DNA of 64,000 bases from Candidatus Methanosuratincola verstraetei. GTDB taxonomy: Archaea; Thermoproteota; Methanomethylicia; Methanomethylicales; Methanomethylicaceae. Location: contig CP186953.1 in the NCBI GenBank assembly GCA_049570475.1, positions 1,408,001 through 1,472,000 on the forward strand. The letters run 5' to 3'. The notes below the pieces were generated by a model. It searched no databases and was not told where the DNA came from. It was given only the letters and a program-made list of their open reading frames with translations. This document shows, one piece after another, positions 28,742 to 37,624 of this stretch (position 1 is its first letter; each line of letters opens with the position of its first letter). A program made the position numbers and the translations under genes.

Positions 28742-28860
28742 TTCTACTTTTTGTTGAACCTGTTTTACTACTACATCACTCTCTAGGATCCTCCATGTAA
28801 AATTATCAAATCTCAATCGAAGCCGATTAATTTTATCGTTGGTATCCTAGAAAAAAAATT

Positions 28861-29364
28861 TTAGAACTTCTTGAACTTCTCCTTCGGGGCGCCGCAGACT
28901 GGGCACTTGTCTGGGACCTGCCCGTTGGTGGTGTAGCCGCAAACAGGGCAGATGTAAACGTCGCCCAACTGTATGTCTTTGCCTTCATCAACGGTCTGCT
29001 TAGCCTTGGTGTACATCGCCTCGTGGATCTTCTCCGCCTGGAGCGCGTAGTTGGTGGATCTTACAGCCCCCTTCTCTCCCTGCAGCTCAGCCACAGCCTT
29101 GAAGGCAGGGTACATCTCGTTCACCTCGTAGTTCTCCCCGTTGATGCAGCTCTCGAGGTTCTCCCTCGTCTCCCTCAGCATGCCAAGCTCGTTCGCATGG
29201 TTCCTCGCGTGCACGAGCTCCGCATAGGCGATCGCCCTGAAGAGCCTTGCCGTGTTGCTAAGCCCTTCTTCCTCAGCAATGTCGGCGAAGAGCATATATT
29301 TCATGTGGGCCTGGCTCTCCCCTGAGAATGCTGCTTTCAAGTTCTCCTCAGTCATCTTCCTCAT
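28861..29364 (-). CDS. rbr: Rubrerythrin
   Basis: AFSGESQA, AELVHA, GENYE, AEKIH, CPVCG...CPVCG. Confidence 0.95.
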   Translation of the reverse strand: MRKMTEENLKAAFSGESQAHMKYMLFADIAEEEGLSNTARLFRAIAYAELVHARNHANELGMLRETRENLESCINGENYEVNEMYPAFKAVAELQGEKGAVRSTNYALQAEKIHEAMYTKAKQTVDEGKDIQLGDVYICPVCGYTTNGQVPDKCPVCGAPKEKFKKF

Positions 29365-29466
29365 ATCCAGCACCTCTTGGTAATTATCATACTCAAATAT
29401 TTAAGCCATTTTCAGCTTTGCTTAACAAAAGTTCACCAAAAAAGAATTGGAGGGTCTGGGCTTGAC

Positions 29467-29631
29467 CTACTCTGTTATCTCCTCGAACATGTCCTTCGAG
29501 GCGCCACATGCCGGGCAGACCCAGTCGTCAGGTATGCTCTCGAATGGCGTGCCTGGCTTTATTCCCCCGTCCGGATCGCCCTTCTCAGGGTCGTATATGT
29601 ATCCGCAGACTGTGCATCTCCACTTTTTCAA
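29467..29631 (-). CDS. Rubredoxin (54 aa)
   Basis: Hand translation from TTG with GGGGTG RBS: [54 protein letters not shown]. Missed by the ORF track. Confidence 0.95.
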   Translation of the reverse strand: MKKWRCTVCGYIYDPEKGDPDGGIKPGTPFESIPDDWVCPACGASKDMFEEITE

Positions 29632-29830
29632 AAGGACACCCCTTGGTTTGGATCGCTCTGAGAATGAGATCGGTTCCCGAAGTCTTAAGCATTATCTTCA
29701 GCTTTTTATCCCAGATGATCCCCGCCGCATTTGCGATCCTCCGGGTGCAGCGAGGAGGAGCAGCCAATCTCTTAAGCTATATATCTCAAGCCCGCAGATA
29801 ATTTGACAATCATGTGAAGGGCTGAGCTGG

Positions 29831-31159
29831 ATGGGCTTCAACCGAAAGACCGCGCTTGGAAACCGTGATGGTGGAAAAAGCAGGGGCAGCCTCGCCCTGA
29901 TTGTGTTCTCGGTCATGTCCGTGCTCTACTTCTTCTCGATCCTCCACAGGGTCGGGATCGCCGTGATATCATTCGACATAATGAGGGAGTTCAACACAGA
30001 CGCATCGCTCCTCGGCCTAATGTCCTCAACCTATTTCTTCCCGTATGCAATCGCCCAGCTCCCGGTCGGGATACTCCTGGACCGGATCGGCGTGAGGAAG
30101 ACCGTGGTCTCTCTTGCAGCCGTAGCCTGCCTGGGCAGCCTGATATTCTCAACCGGGAACTCCTTGCTTGTCCTCTCTTTGGGCAGGGCGCTGGTCGGGT
30201 TCGGCGTCGGCGGTTTTTACGTCTCCGCCCTTAAGGCTATAGCGATCTGGTTTGGCCCAAGGCGCTTCGCCACGCTCGCCGGGCTCCTCACCTCGCTCGG
30301 CAATGTCGGGGGCATCGTCGCGACCTCCCCGCTCGCGCTCCTGACGCTGGCAATTGGCTGGAGGGGCACGTTCCTGATCATAACCGCCCTGATGGTAGCC
30401 TTCGCAGCCATAGCGTGGTTCACAATATCGGGGGACGAAGGTGAATCTTTCAAGAGCGGATCCAGCGTGGTAGCCGACCTAAGGGAGATCTTCAGCAACA
30501 GGTCTTTCCTGCTGCTTGCGATAATTCCTTTCTTCGTCTATGGCTTCTTCATCAGCTTCCAGGGGCTCTGGGGAGGTCCATTCCTGATGGACGTCTACGG
30601 GATGGACAAGGCTGCGGCTGGTTTTTACCTGATGTTCATTGCGATCGGCTTCACCATCGCGGGGCCCACAGGCGGCTTCATCTCTGACCGCTTCCTGATG
30701 AGGCGAAAGCCGGTCATGGTCGCTGGCATCGTGATCGGTCTGGCCTTCTGGTCCATTTTGGCTACTGTTGGCGGCTCCATGAGTCCGTGCCTGATCGCCT
30801 CGTCGTTCTTCCTGCTCGGCTTCGGCTTCGGCTTTGCCAACATCTACATGACGATCTCCAAGGAGATGTTCGGATCGAGGATCTCTGGGACCTCGATGGC
30901 CGCGATCAACCTCTTCAACTTCATGGGGGCTGGCTTCTTCCAGTACTTTATGGGCTTCATGCTCGACACCTTCGAGTCTGGCGCGAGGACGTTCCCCGCG
31001 TATCAGGCGATATTCCTTATGTGCGTGGCATTCATGGCCGTCTCGCTCGTACTCGGGGTGCTGAGCAGGGAGACATTCGGCGGGAAGGGGGGTGCTGGCG
31101 CTGATACGGTCCGTTCTGGCAGTTCGGGCATGCAGCATCGTAACCCTCCAGCGCCCTGA
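29831..31159 (+). CDS. MFS transporter (OPA/ACS-like)
   Basis: QLPVGILLDRIGVRK, GFISDRF; about 12 TM segments. Confidence 0.88.
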   Translation: MGFNRKTALGNRDGGKSRGSLALIVFSVMSVLYFFSILHRVGIAVISFDIMREFNTDASLLGLMSSTYFFPYAIAQLPVGILLDRIGVRKTVVSLAAVACLGSLIFSTGNSLLVLSLGRALVGFGVGGFYVSALKAIAIWFGPRRFATLAGLLTSLGNVGGIVATSPLALLTLAIGWRGTFLIITALMVAFAAIAWFTISGDEGESFKSGSSVVADLREIFSNRSFLLLAIIPFFVYGFFISFQGLWGGPFLMDVYGMDKAAAGFYLMFIAIGFTIAGPTGGFISDRFLMRRKPVMVAGIVIGLAFWSILATVGGSMSPCLIASSFFLLGFGFGFANIYMTISKEMFGSRISGTSMAAINLFNFMGAGFFQYFMGFMLDTFESGARTFPAYQAIFLMCVAFMAVSLVLGVLSRETFGGKGGAGADTVRSGSSGMQHRNPPAP

Positions 31160-31425
31160 AAGAACCGATCAAAGCCCCCCAAACACTCTCTCTCCTGATC
31201 GCTTATTGTGCGGGTTATCGTCTGGCTTCTTGCTGACGCTGGCTGCACTGCGCCCATCCGCGTCCCAAGGAAATCTTCCAGGATTCTGCCGGCTTCATAA
31301 AGTGGGAGCCGGGTCTAGGGATTCCGACCAGCATGTAGTCCATGCTGAAGCCGATCCCCCGCCCGCGCACGGCCTTAAAAAAGATAAAAGCCATCGCGCC
31401 CATCACTATATGGGGGTCATGCTTT

Positions 31426-31938
31426 TTGGCAAGGGTTCTCGTCGTAGTTGCTGAGAAGGGCTTCAGGGACGAGGAGTTCGACGTGCCTTACAAGGCTTTC
31501 AAGGCAGCAGGGCACGAGGTTACCGTGGCGAGCACGGGCCCTGGGGTGGCTGAGGGTAAGCTTGGGATGCGGGTCAAGCCTGACACCACGGTGGACGCCG
31601 TGGACCCGTCGAAATTCGACGCAGTGGTGATCGCAGGGGGTCCGGGGTCGCCTACCTACCTTTGGCCGAACAGGAAGCTCCACGAGATACTCCGGGGCGT
31701 AAGCGGAAAGGGAGGCGTCGTCGCTGCGATCTGCCTGGCGCCGGTGGCGCTTGCGAGGGCCGGCCTCTTGAGCGGGAGGAGGTGCACGGTCTTCAGGACG
31801 CCTGATTCAGTACAGGAAATCGAGGCGGCAGGGGGCAGGCTGCAGAAGGATCACGTTGTAGTGGACGGCAAAGTAGTGACCGGCGACGGCCCTGACGCTG
31901 CAAAAGCATTTGCCGAAGCAGTCCTCAGGCTCCTCTAG
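31426..31938 (+). CDS. DJ-1/PfpI family protein
   Basis: GFRDEE, AGGPG, AAICLAP, VVTGDGP; TTG start at 31426. Confidence 0.9.
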   Translation: MARVLVVVAEKGFRDEEFDVPYKAFKAAGHEVTVASTGPGVAEGKLGMRVKPDTTVDAVDPSKFDAVVIAGGPGSPTYLWPNRKLHEILRGVSGKGGVVAAICLAPVALARAGLLSGRRCTVFRTPDSVQEIEAAGGRLQKDHVVVDGKVVTGDGPDAAKAFAEAVLRLL

Positions 31939-32006
31939 CCCTTCATAATTATTTTTTTTAACAAAAACCCAAAAGCAATCCGCGGGCACGCGCCCGCGCC
32001 GCAAAC

Positions 32007-32099
32007 CTATCCTAAAACCATCCTTATCAAGAGATAGGCGAACGATGCGGTAATCAGCGCACCAGCCAGAATGAACCTTTTGGTTTCCGTCCTTTCCAT
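32007..32099 (-). CDS. Putative 30-aa single-TM microprotein
   Basis: AGGGGA RBS + ATG; MERTETKRFILAGALITASFAYLLIRMVLG*; GAAAGG-TTTTTATTA BRE/TATA-like box upstream. Confidence 0.55.
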   Translation of the reverse strand: MERTETKRFILAGALITASFAYLLIRMVLG

Positions 32100-32271
32100 A
32101 CGCATCCCCTTACCAATCATGGCGCCGTAATAAAAACCTTTCCCGCTCCATCCGCTGCCTTCTAAGAAGCCTCCGCGGGCCTAGCAACGCGCCAGGCATT
32201 GTGGCTTGCTGGTTTTGGTTGAGCTTGCCTTATAAGACCATGATTCGTATGCTTAAGCAAGGTGTTCCAAA

Positions 32272-33411
32272 ATGCCAGAACTGACGAGGGATGAGATGCT
32301 TGAACTCGCTTCATTGCTCGTGAAGCGCTCGATGTCAATCGGGAGGAAGCCGGGAGGGGGCTTCGACTCGGTCTCGATCATGTACAACGACCAGGACCCA
32401 TCCTGCAGGGAGTTTGCCGAACTGGTGGAGGAGGAGTGCTGGAGGCAGGGTTCCTACACGATAATCAGGGGGTACTCCTCCGTTCGGAACAGGAGGAAGT
32501 ACGAGCTCTCCCCAGAGGAGTCCTTGAAGGGGATGGATCCGATCGCGAGGGCCATAGCAGAGACCGTTGATGTCAGGATGTTCATAGGCGAGGAGGACGA
32601 CCCTTACTGGTCCGAGGGGGTTTCCGATAAGGTGAGGCTGACCGCGCCTAACAGGCAGAAGCTCTACGAGATAATGGACAGGCGGGGCGTCCGGTGGGTC
32701 TACTTCGGGTGGCCGATCCCAGGGGCTGCAAAAGGCTACGGGTGCCCAGTGGAGAGGTTCAGGGAGATCTTCTTCAACAGCATCAGGGCCTCCTTCTCGG
32801 CCGAGCTCCTAGACCTCTGCGGCTACTACTCGCGGGCGCTTAGCGGCGTCGATCGGGTCAGGATACTGGCTGAGGACACCGACCTATCCTTCAGCGTCAA
32901 GGGCAGGCCGGTGATAGTCGACGACGGCATAATCTCGAGGGAGGACATGGAGAATGGCGACGTCGGTCTAAACATACCGTCCGGGGAGGTCTTCATAGCC
33001 CCGCTTGAGACAAGCGCCAACGGATACATCACCTTCCCGGTCGTGGTCATACCAGGATTCGGGAGGATCGACCGCCTCAGGCTCGAGTTCAGGGACGGGA
33101 AGGTCGCCTCTTACCTCGCCGAAAATGGCGCAGATCGCTTCGCAAAGTTCCTTGAGGCTAATACGGGCGAGAAGGACAGGATCGCCGAGCTGGGCATAGG
33201 CTGCAACCCAGGAGCGGAGTTCACCGGCGGGAGCATAATCATAGACGAGAAGATCTACAGGACGGTCCACATCGCGATCGGGAACAACACCGGATCCTAC
33301 CACGGGACGAACCAGGCCTCGAGCCACCTCGACATGATCAAGGATATGCGCGGAGGGCAGCTCTTCTTCGACGGGAAGCTGGTGATGGAGCATGGCGAGC
33401 CAGTCAGGTGA
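32272..33411 (+). CDS. M29 (AmpS/AmpT-type) aminopeptidase
   Basis: NIPSGEVFIAP, IAELGIG, DEKIYRTVHIAIG, SHLDMI. Confidence 0.9.
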   Translation: MPELTRDEMLELASLLVKRSMSIGRKPGGGFDSVSIMYNDQDPSCREFAELVEEECWRQGSYTIIRGYSSVRNRRKYELSPEESLKGMDPIARAIAETVDVRMFIGEEDDPYWSEGVSDKVRLTAPNRQKLYEIMDRRGVRWVYFGWPIPGAAKGYGCPVERFREIFFNSIRASFSAELLDLCGYYSRALSGVDRVRILAEDTDLSFSVKGRPVIVDDGIISREDMENGDVGLNIPSGEVFIAPLETSANGYITFPVVVIPGFGRIDRLRLEFRDGKVASYLAENGADRFAKFLEANTGEKDRIAELGIGCNPGAEFTGGSIIIDEKIYRTVHIAIGNNTGSYHGTNQASSHLDMIKDMRGGQLFFDGKLVMEHGEPVR

Positions 33412-34006
33412 TGCGCTCAGGAGGCTCGCGGAGTCTATACTCCACGGAAAGCAAGGCTCCCAGGAGATCGCCCTCTCATGCCTCGAGCAGGGCTTGGGCG
33501 TGGACGAGATCCTTGCCAAGGGCGTGATAGGCGCATGGCTCGAGTTCGCCGCCTGGTACGACAGGGATCCAGACGGCGCGCTCAAGGGTTGGATGGAGTC
33601 GTACAATGCAACCAACAGGGTGCTGAGGGCGCTCGAGGCTGCGATCAGGGCGCCTGAGAACCCGCCCTTCTCGGCTGCCGTCTTCACAGTGAGGGGCGAA
33701 GGGCACGTGCTCATGCGCGACGTCCTCTCCCTCCTACTTCGGTCGCGAGGCGTCAGGGTCTACAGCAGCAGGAAAGGCCTCGTCCAGGAGGATCTCGCGG
33801 ACCCGATCTCCGACCCTTCGCTCAAATGGCTGGTGGTGTCGTGCACCGAGGCTGACCTGAACGAACAGGTGTCCGCGATTATAAGGTGGGCGAAGCAGAA
33901 GCGACCCGATCTCCGTGCGGTCGCAGGAGGCCCCCAAGCTGAAAAAGTGGGCGCAGACATAGTTGTCAACGACCCATACGATCTGCTCAAGGTACTCGGG
34001 GTGTAA
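33392..34006 (+). CDS. Cobalamin-binding (corrinoid-protein-like) protein
   Basis: N-terminal four-helix cap, TVRGEGHVL (variant of GDxHxxG), VVSCT, VAGGP, GAD. Confidence 0.7.
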   Translation: MASQSGDALRRLAESILHGKQGSQEIALSCLEQGLGVDEILAKGVIGAWLEFAAWYDRDPDGALKGWMESYNATNRVLRALEAAIRAPENPPFSAAVFTVRGEGHVLMRDVLSLLLRSRGVRVYSSRKGLVQEDLADPISDPSLKWLVVSCTEADLNEQVSAIIRWAKQKRPDLRAVAGGPQAEKVGADIVVNDPYDLLKVLGV

Positions 34007-34075
34007 AAATCAGTCATCCAGATCATCCGGGATCGGCGGACGGCGAAGGACAAGCTGGAAGAAGTTGGTGGGAGA

Positions 34076-34354
34076 TCAGACGAGCTTCGGGGTGATCTTC
34101 TTGCTCACCGCTATCTCGTCGACACTCTTTAGCGCTGTGCTGTTCTCAGCCAGAACCTTGGCTACCTCCTCGTAGCAGATGCTGTTCCCCTGTATGATCA
34201 TCCTGATCGTCTCGGTCTTTATGTCGGTCTCCACGACGTTGATGCTCACGTTGTCTACGCCCTCAATCTTGCATATGGCCTTGGAGAGCTCGGCTATAGA
34301 GATCTCCCTCGGCTTCAGCGCGTCCAGCACGAGCTTCTTTATGTCTATGCTCAA
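34076..34354 (-). CDS. DUF211 family protein
   Basis: IKKLVLDALKP, GVDNV, SVDE motifs. Confidence 0.85.
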   Translation of the reverse strand: MSIDIKKLVLDALKPREISIAELSKAICKIEGVDNVSINVVETDIKTETIRMIIQGNSICYEEVAKVLAENSTALKSVDEIAVSKKITPKLV

Positions 34355-34493
34355 TAGGATACCCCTGGAATAAGATCCGCTTGCAGTTTTTTACCTTTTC
34401 CCTTTCCAAAAAATGCGGAAATTGCCGGTTTGGCACTGCTTAATTTTTCGACCTTAAATTGCTAGCTATGGCCTCATTTATTTGGGTCTGAGT

Positions 34494-35102
34494 TTAGACA
34501 CCCGCGCCGGTGAGGAAGAGTATTGCCACTATGGCCAGCCCCATCGCGACGGTCAGCAGGCTGTACTTGAGCCGGTTGGCTGACGCAATCTTGCCTAGGT
34601 AAATCCCGAGCAGCGCTAGGGTCGAGAGGTTGATCGCGATCGAGGCTACCATCGCATACTGCAGCGAGAGCGCAGATGGGGATATTTCGTGGATCATGAA
34701 CGGGATCAGCGTGAGGAATATGGTCAGCGCAGGGGAGATCCCGTCAACGACCGCGAGCGCAAAAGTCACGAATTTCGATGCCCGGTATATGATGCTGTCC
34801 TTGATCTCCATCATTATGCTCTCTTCTATCTCCTTGATCTTCCTGGAGCGCTCAGCTTTCTCTGATAGGAACGCCCCGACGAACCCGGAGATTCCGGTCG
34901 CGAGCGCGAGCCCTAACCCCGAGTTGATTATGAGGTGCGCATCGGCCTTCCCCGTTATGTAAGCCCCCATCACCACCCCGAGAATGGCGAGCGCCCCGTC
35001 GAAGGAGTTCATCACGAAGTACCTCCTGGACAGCTCGGCCGCCCCCGCAACGCTGAAGTACTTCCTTGCCCTCTTCCTGAATCTCCTTATCCTGCGCAGC
35101 AT
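34494..35102 (-). CDS. VIT1/CCC1-like membrane protein
   Basis: RRYFVMNSFDG, SGFVGAFLSEKAER. Confidence 0.82.
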   Translation of the reverse strand: MLRRIRRFRKRARKYFSVAGAAELSRRYFVMNSFDGALAILGVVMGAYITGKADAHLIINSGLGLALATGISGFVGAFLSEKAERSRKIKEIEESIMMEIKDSIIYRASKFVTFALAVVDGISPALTIFLTLIPFMIHEISPSALSLQYAMVASIAINLSTLALLGIYLGKIASANRLKYSLLTVAMGLAIVAILFLTGAGV

Positions 35103-35132
35103 GCTACCAATTTTGCCCCCTTGTCAAATGCC

Positions 35133-35816
35133 TCATGGCGATCCGCCGATCAGGTACTCCGTCGGGTCCTTGACGCCGGCCTCGGCAAAAGCCCTTTTCC
35201 TGTTCTCGCAGGACTCGCAGGACCCGCAGTGGATCTCCCCGTCCCGGTAGCAGCTCCAGGTGAGCTCGAACGGGACGCCTAGCCTCGCGCCAAGCCTGAC
35301 GACCTCGCTCTTCTTAAGCGAGAGCAATGGGGCCTCGATTGAGATGTCGGATCCGGTCCCGAGCTTTGCAGCCCTCTCCATCGCCTCCACGAACTCCCTC
35401 CTGCAGTCAGGGTAGTTCTCGGCGTCCGACGCATGTGCCCCGTAGAGCACATGCCTGGCGCCTATCGAGTCTGCATAGGCGACCGCCGCAGATAGGAGCA
35501 CCGCGTTCCTGAACGGGACTATTATCGGCTTAGAGAACTCCCTGGTTATCTCTATCCCGCGGTCGACCAGCGAGGTGGCGCCCATGTAGAGCTCCGAGAG
35601 CCCGCTGAGGTCCACGAGCCTCCACGGGAGCCCAAGCCTTTTGGAAACCTCCCTGGCGCTCCTGATCTCGGCCCTGGCGATCTGCCCGTAGTCGAAGGTT
35701 ATCGGGAAGGCGCTGAAGCCGTTGTCTAGGGCATAGTAGAGCACCGTGGTGCTGTCGAGGCCGCCCGAGATTACTACGACCGCGCCCTCCTTTTTGGATG
35801 CCATCCTGGATGCCAT
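35133..35816 (-). CDS. queC: 7-cyano-7-deazaguanine (preQ0) synthase
   Basis: SGGLDS, FDYGQ, VPFRN, YPDCR, TWSCY, HCGSCESC. Confidence 0.96.
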   Translation of the reverse strand: MASRMASKKEGAVVVISGGLDSTTVLYYALDNGFSAFPITFDYGQIARAEIRSAREVSKRLGLPWRLVDLSGLSELYMGATSLVDRGIEITREFSKPIIVPFRNAVLLSAAVAYADSIGARHVLYGAHASDAENYPDCRREFVEAMERAAKLGTGSDISIEAPLLSLKKSEVVRLGARLGVPFELTWSCYRDGEIHCGSCESCENRKRAFAEAGVKDPTEYLIGGSP

Positions 35817-36293
35817 TCACCTCACCCCTGCCCTCTTGAGTGAAACATATAGCAGGTAACCGAGCCCGATCGTGGCGATGCCGACGCCGACGATCAGGTA
35901 CGCGAATGTGATCAGGAAAGGCAGCCCCAGCACGTAGTTGAGGAGCGCCCCGACCCAAGCTGAGATTATCATGGTGTAGCACACGAGCCCGGCGATGACT
36001 GACCTGCCCCTGAGCCTCAGGACTATCAAAAGTGCGATGAAGGTCGGGATCGCGCTGAGCAGGTCCAGGGGGCCGAGCGGGCTGGCAAGGTTGCCTATGA
36101 ATACCCCCAGGCTGATCCCAAGAGCTGCCGGAAGCCCGATCAGCGGGACGATGCCGATGAGCGCGTTCGCAACCCTGATCTGGATCGCGCCGAAGCTTAT
36201 TGGAGCCAAGGAAATTGTTAAAGCCGCATAGACTGCGGCTATTATGGCTGTCTTGACGACAGCCCTAGTTTTCGAAGGTGTTGGCTTTTGCAT
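35817..36293 (-). CDS. queT: QueT-family queuosine-precursor transporter
   Basis: AAVYAALT...PISFGAIQIRVANAL, G-x-F-IGN-L-x-SP-x-G; abuts queC. Confidence 0.88.
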   Translation of the reverse strand: MQKPTPSKTRAVVKTAIIAAVYAALTISLAPISFGAIQIRVANALIGIVPLIGLPAALGISLGVFIGNLASPLGPLDLLSAIPTFIALLIVLRLRGRSVIAGLVCYTMIISAWVGALLNYVLGLPFLITFAYLIVGVGIATIGLGYLLYVSLKRAGVR

Positions 36294-36358
36294 AATCTCC
36301 CAACTCCGGGTTTTCTAAGGCGGAACGGGTGGGAGACCACTCACCCGCCTAGGGTTCT
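36294..36358 (-). promoter_or_regulatory. Structured 5' leader of queT-queC; candidate riboswitch
   Basis: mRNA AGGCGG/CCGCCU stem; loop GUCUCCCA complementary to UGGGAGAU beside the start codon; competing CGGGUG/CACCCG hairpin. Confidence 0.55.
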
Positions 36359-36376
36359 AAAACATTCAAGCCCTGA

Positions 36377-36384
36377 TATTTAAA
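36377..36384 (-). promoter_or_regulatory. TATA box of queT-queC
   Basis: TTTAAATA on the minus strand, about 20-25 nt upstream of the leader. Confidence 0.6.
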
Positions 36385-36571
36385 TTATACCGTTCCTAAA
36401 TATTCCGTTCAGCTTTCTTGGCGCTGCCGGGGACCGTGCTGGGATTGGCTGGACGTGCAGGAGCGAGGCGCGGGCCCATCTTGATGCGCATCAGATCAGG
36501 GAATCTCCTTGACTTGATCTGCAGCTCCGATACTGTTTTTAAAACCTCGCACGATATTCTGAGCGAGGCAC

Positions 36572-37471
36572 ATGCCAGGCAACTCTTCCTCCCCCCCAAT
36601 CTACCCATTCCTTAAGTGGGCTGGCGGAAAGTCCCAGCTGCTGGACAACATCGTGGGGTGCATGCCGGAGGACTTCGGGACTTACTTTGAGCCTTTCCTC
36701 GGAGGCGGCGCGCTCTTCTTCAGGCTCGTCTCGATGGGGAGGGTGAGGCGCGCCATCCTTTCAGATCTGAACAGGGACCTGATAAACTGCTATGTCGTGG
36801 TCAGGGACGAGCTCGACGCCCTGATCTCGCGGCTGGAGTACTACCAGAAGTATGTCGGAGCGAAGGACTTCTTCTACGAGGTCGCACGGCCTTCGTTCAA
36901 CAAGATCAGGCTGAAGAATGGACTTGAGAAGAATGTCGAGAAGGCTGCGCTGCTGATATACCTGAACAAGACCTGCTTCAACGGGCTCTACCGAGTTAAC
37001 TCGAAGGGGGAGTTCAATGTCCCTTGGGGTCGGTACGACTCCCCCTCGCTCTTCGATGAGGCGAACCTAAGGGCTGTGAGCAGGGCGCTTGATCAGAGAT
37101 GGGTCGAGATAATGTGCTGCGACTACAGGGAGGCGGTGAAGCTGGCTAGAGCCGGAGACCTCGTCTACTTTGACCCTCCATACCAACCGCTCAGCCGAAC
37201 ATCCTCTTTCACGCAGTACACGCCCGATTCATTCTCCGAAGAGGACCAGCGGGCGCTTGCTGAGGCATTCAGGGATCTGGACGGGAGGGGGTGCAAGGTC
37301 GTGATGAGCAACTCCTCCAGCCCGCTGGTGGAGGGTCTTTACCGCGATTACATATCAAGGGGGCAATTCAGGGTTGCGATGGCTGCAAGGGCGATCTCGT
37401 GCCTGGGGGACGGCAGGGGGAGGATCCCGGAGTATATAATATTCAACTACCCGATGCCTCGCAATCAGTGA
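36572..37471 (+). CDS. dam: Dam/DpnM-like N6-adenine DNA methyltransferase
   Basis: FLKWAGGK, EPFLGGGA, YLNKTCFNGLYRVN..GEFNVPWG, DPPY. Confidence 0.92.
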   Translation: MPGNSSSPPIYPFLKWAGGKSQLLDNIVGCMPEDFGTYFEPFLGGGALFFRLVSMGRVRRAILSDLNRDLINCYVVVRDELDALISRLEYYQKYVGAKDFFYEVARPSFNKIRLKNGLEKNVEKAALLIYLNKTCFNGLYRVNSKGEFNVPWGRYDSPSLFDEANLRAVSRALDQRWVEIMCCDYREAVKLARAGDLVYFDPPYQPLSRTSSFTQYTPDSFSEEDQRALAEAFRDLDGRGCKVVMSNSSSPLVEGLYRDYISRGQFRVAMAARAISCLGDGRGRIPEYIIFNYPMPRNQ

Positions 37472-37624
37472 TGCAGCAGGGATGGATCAGCAGCTGTCCT
37501 CTGGGCGTTAGCAGGCGCCCTCGCTGCGATTGATGGATGCCCCATTGCGAATCGGGCTTCCTAGAGTCGCTTTTGGAAGCTTTTATTAAACCTGACTCTA
37601 CCCAATAAGAGAAGTGGTGAGAGA

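Noticed and set aside
35795-35816. Direct repeat ATGGCATCCA x2 at the queC start (MASR-MASK)
   Set aside because: A trivial local duplication that only gives two alternative starts.
36351-36386. preQ1-I-like look-alike AGGGTTCTA...CCCT plus A/T tail on the plus strand
   Set aside because: It is on the wrong strand for queT-queC and overlaps the TATA box, so it is probably coincidental.
35133-37471. Dpd-like 7-deazaguanine DNA modification system (queC beside a DNA methylase)
   Set aside because: No dpdA/TGT-like or dpdB-K genes are present. queT-queC fits archaeosine precursor supply, and the methylase is divergently transcribed.
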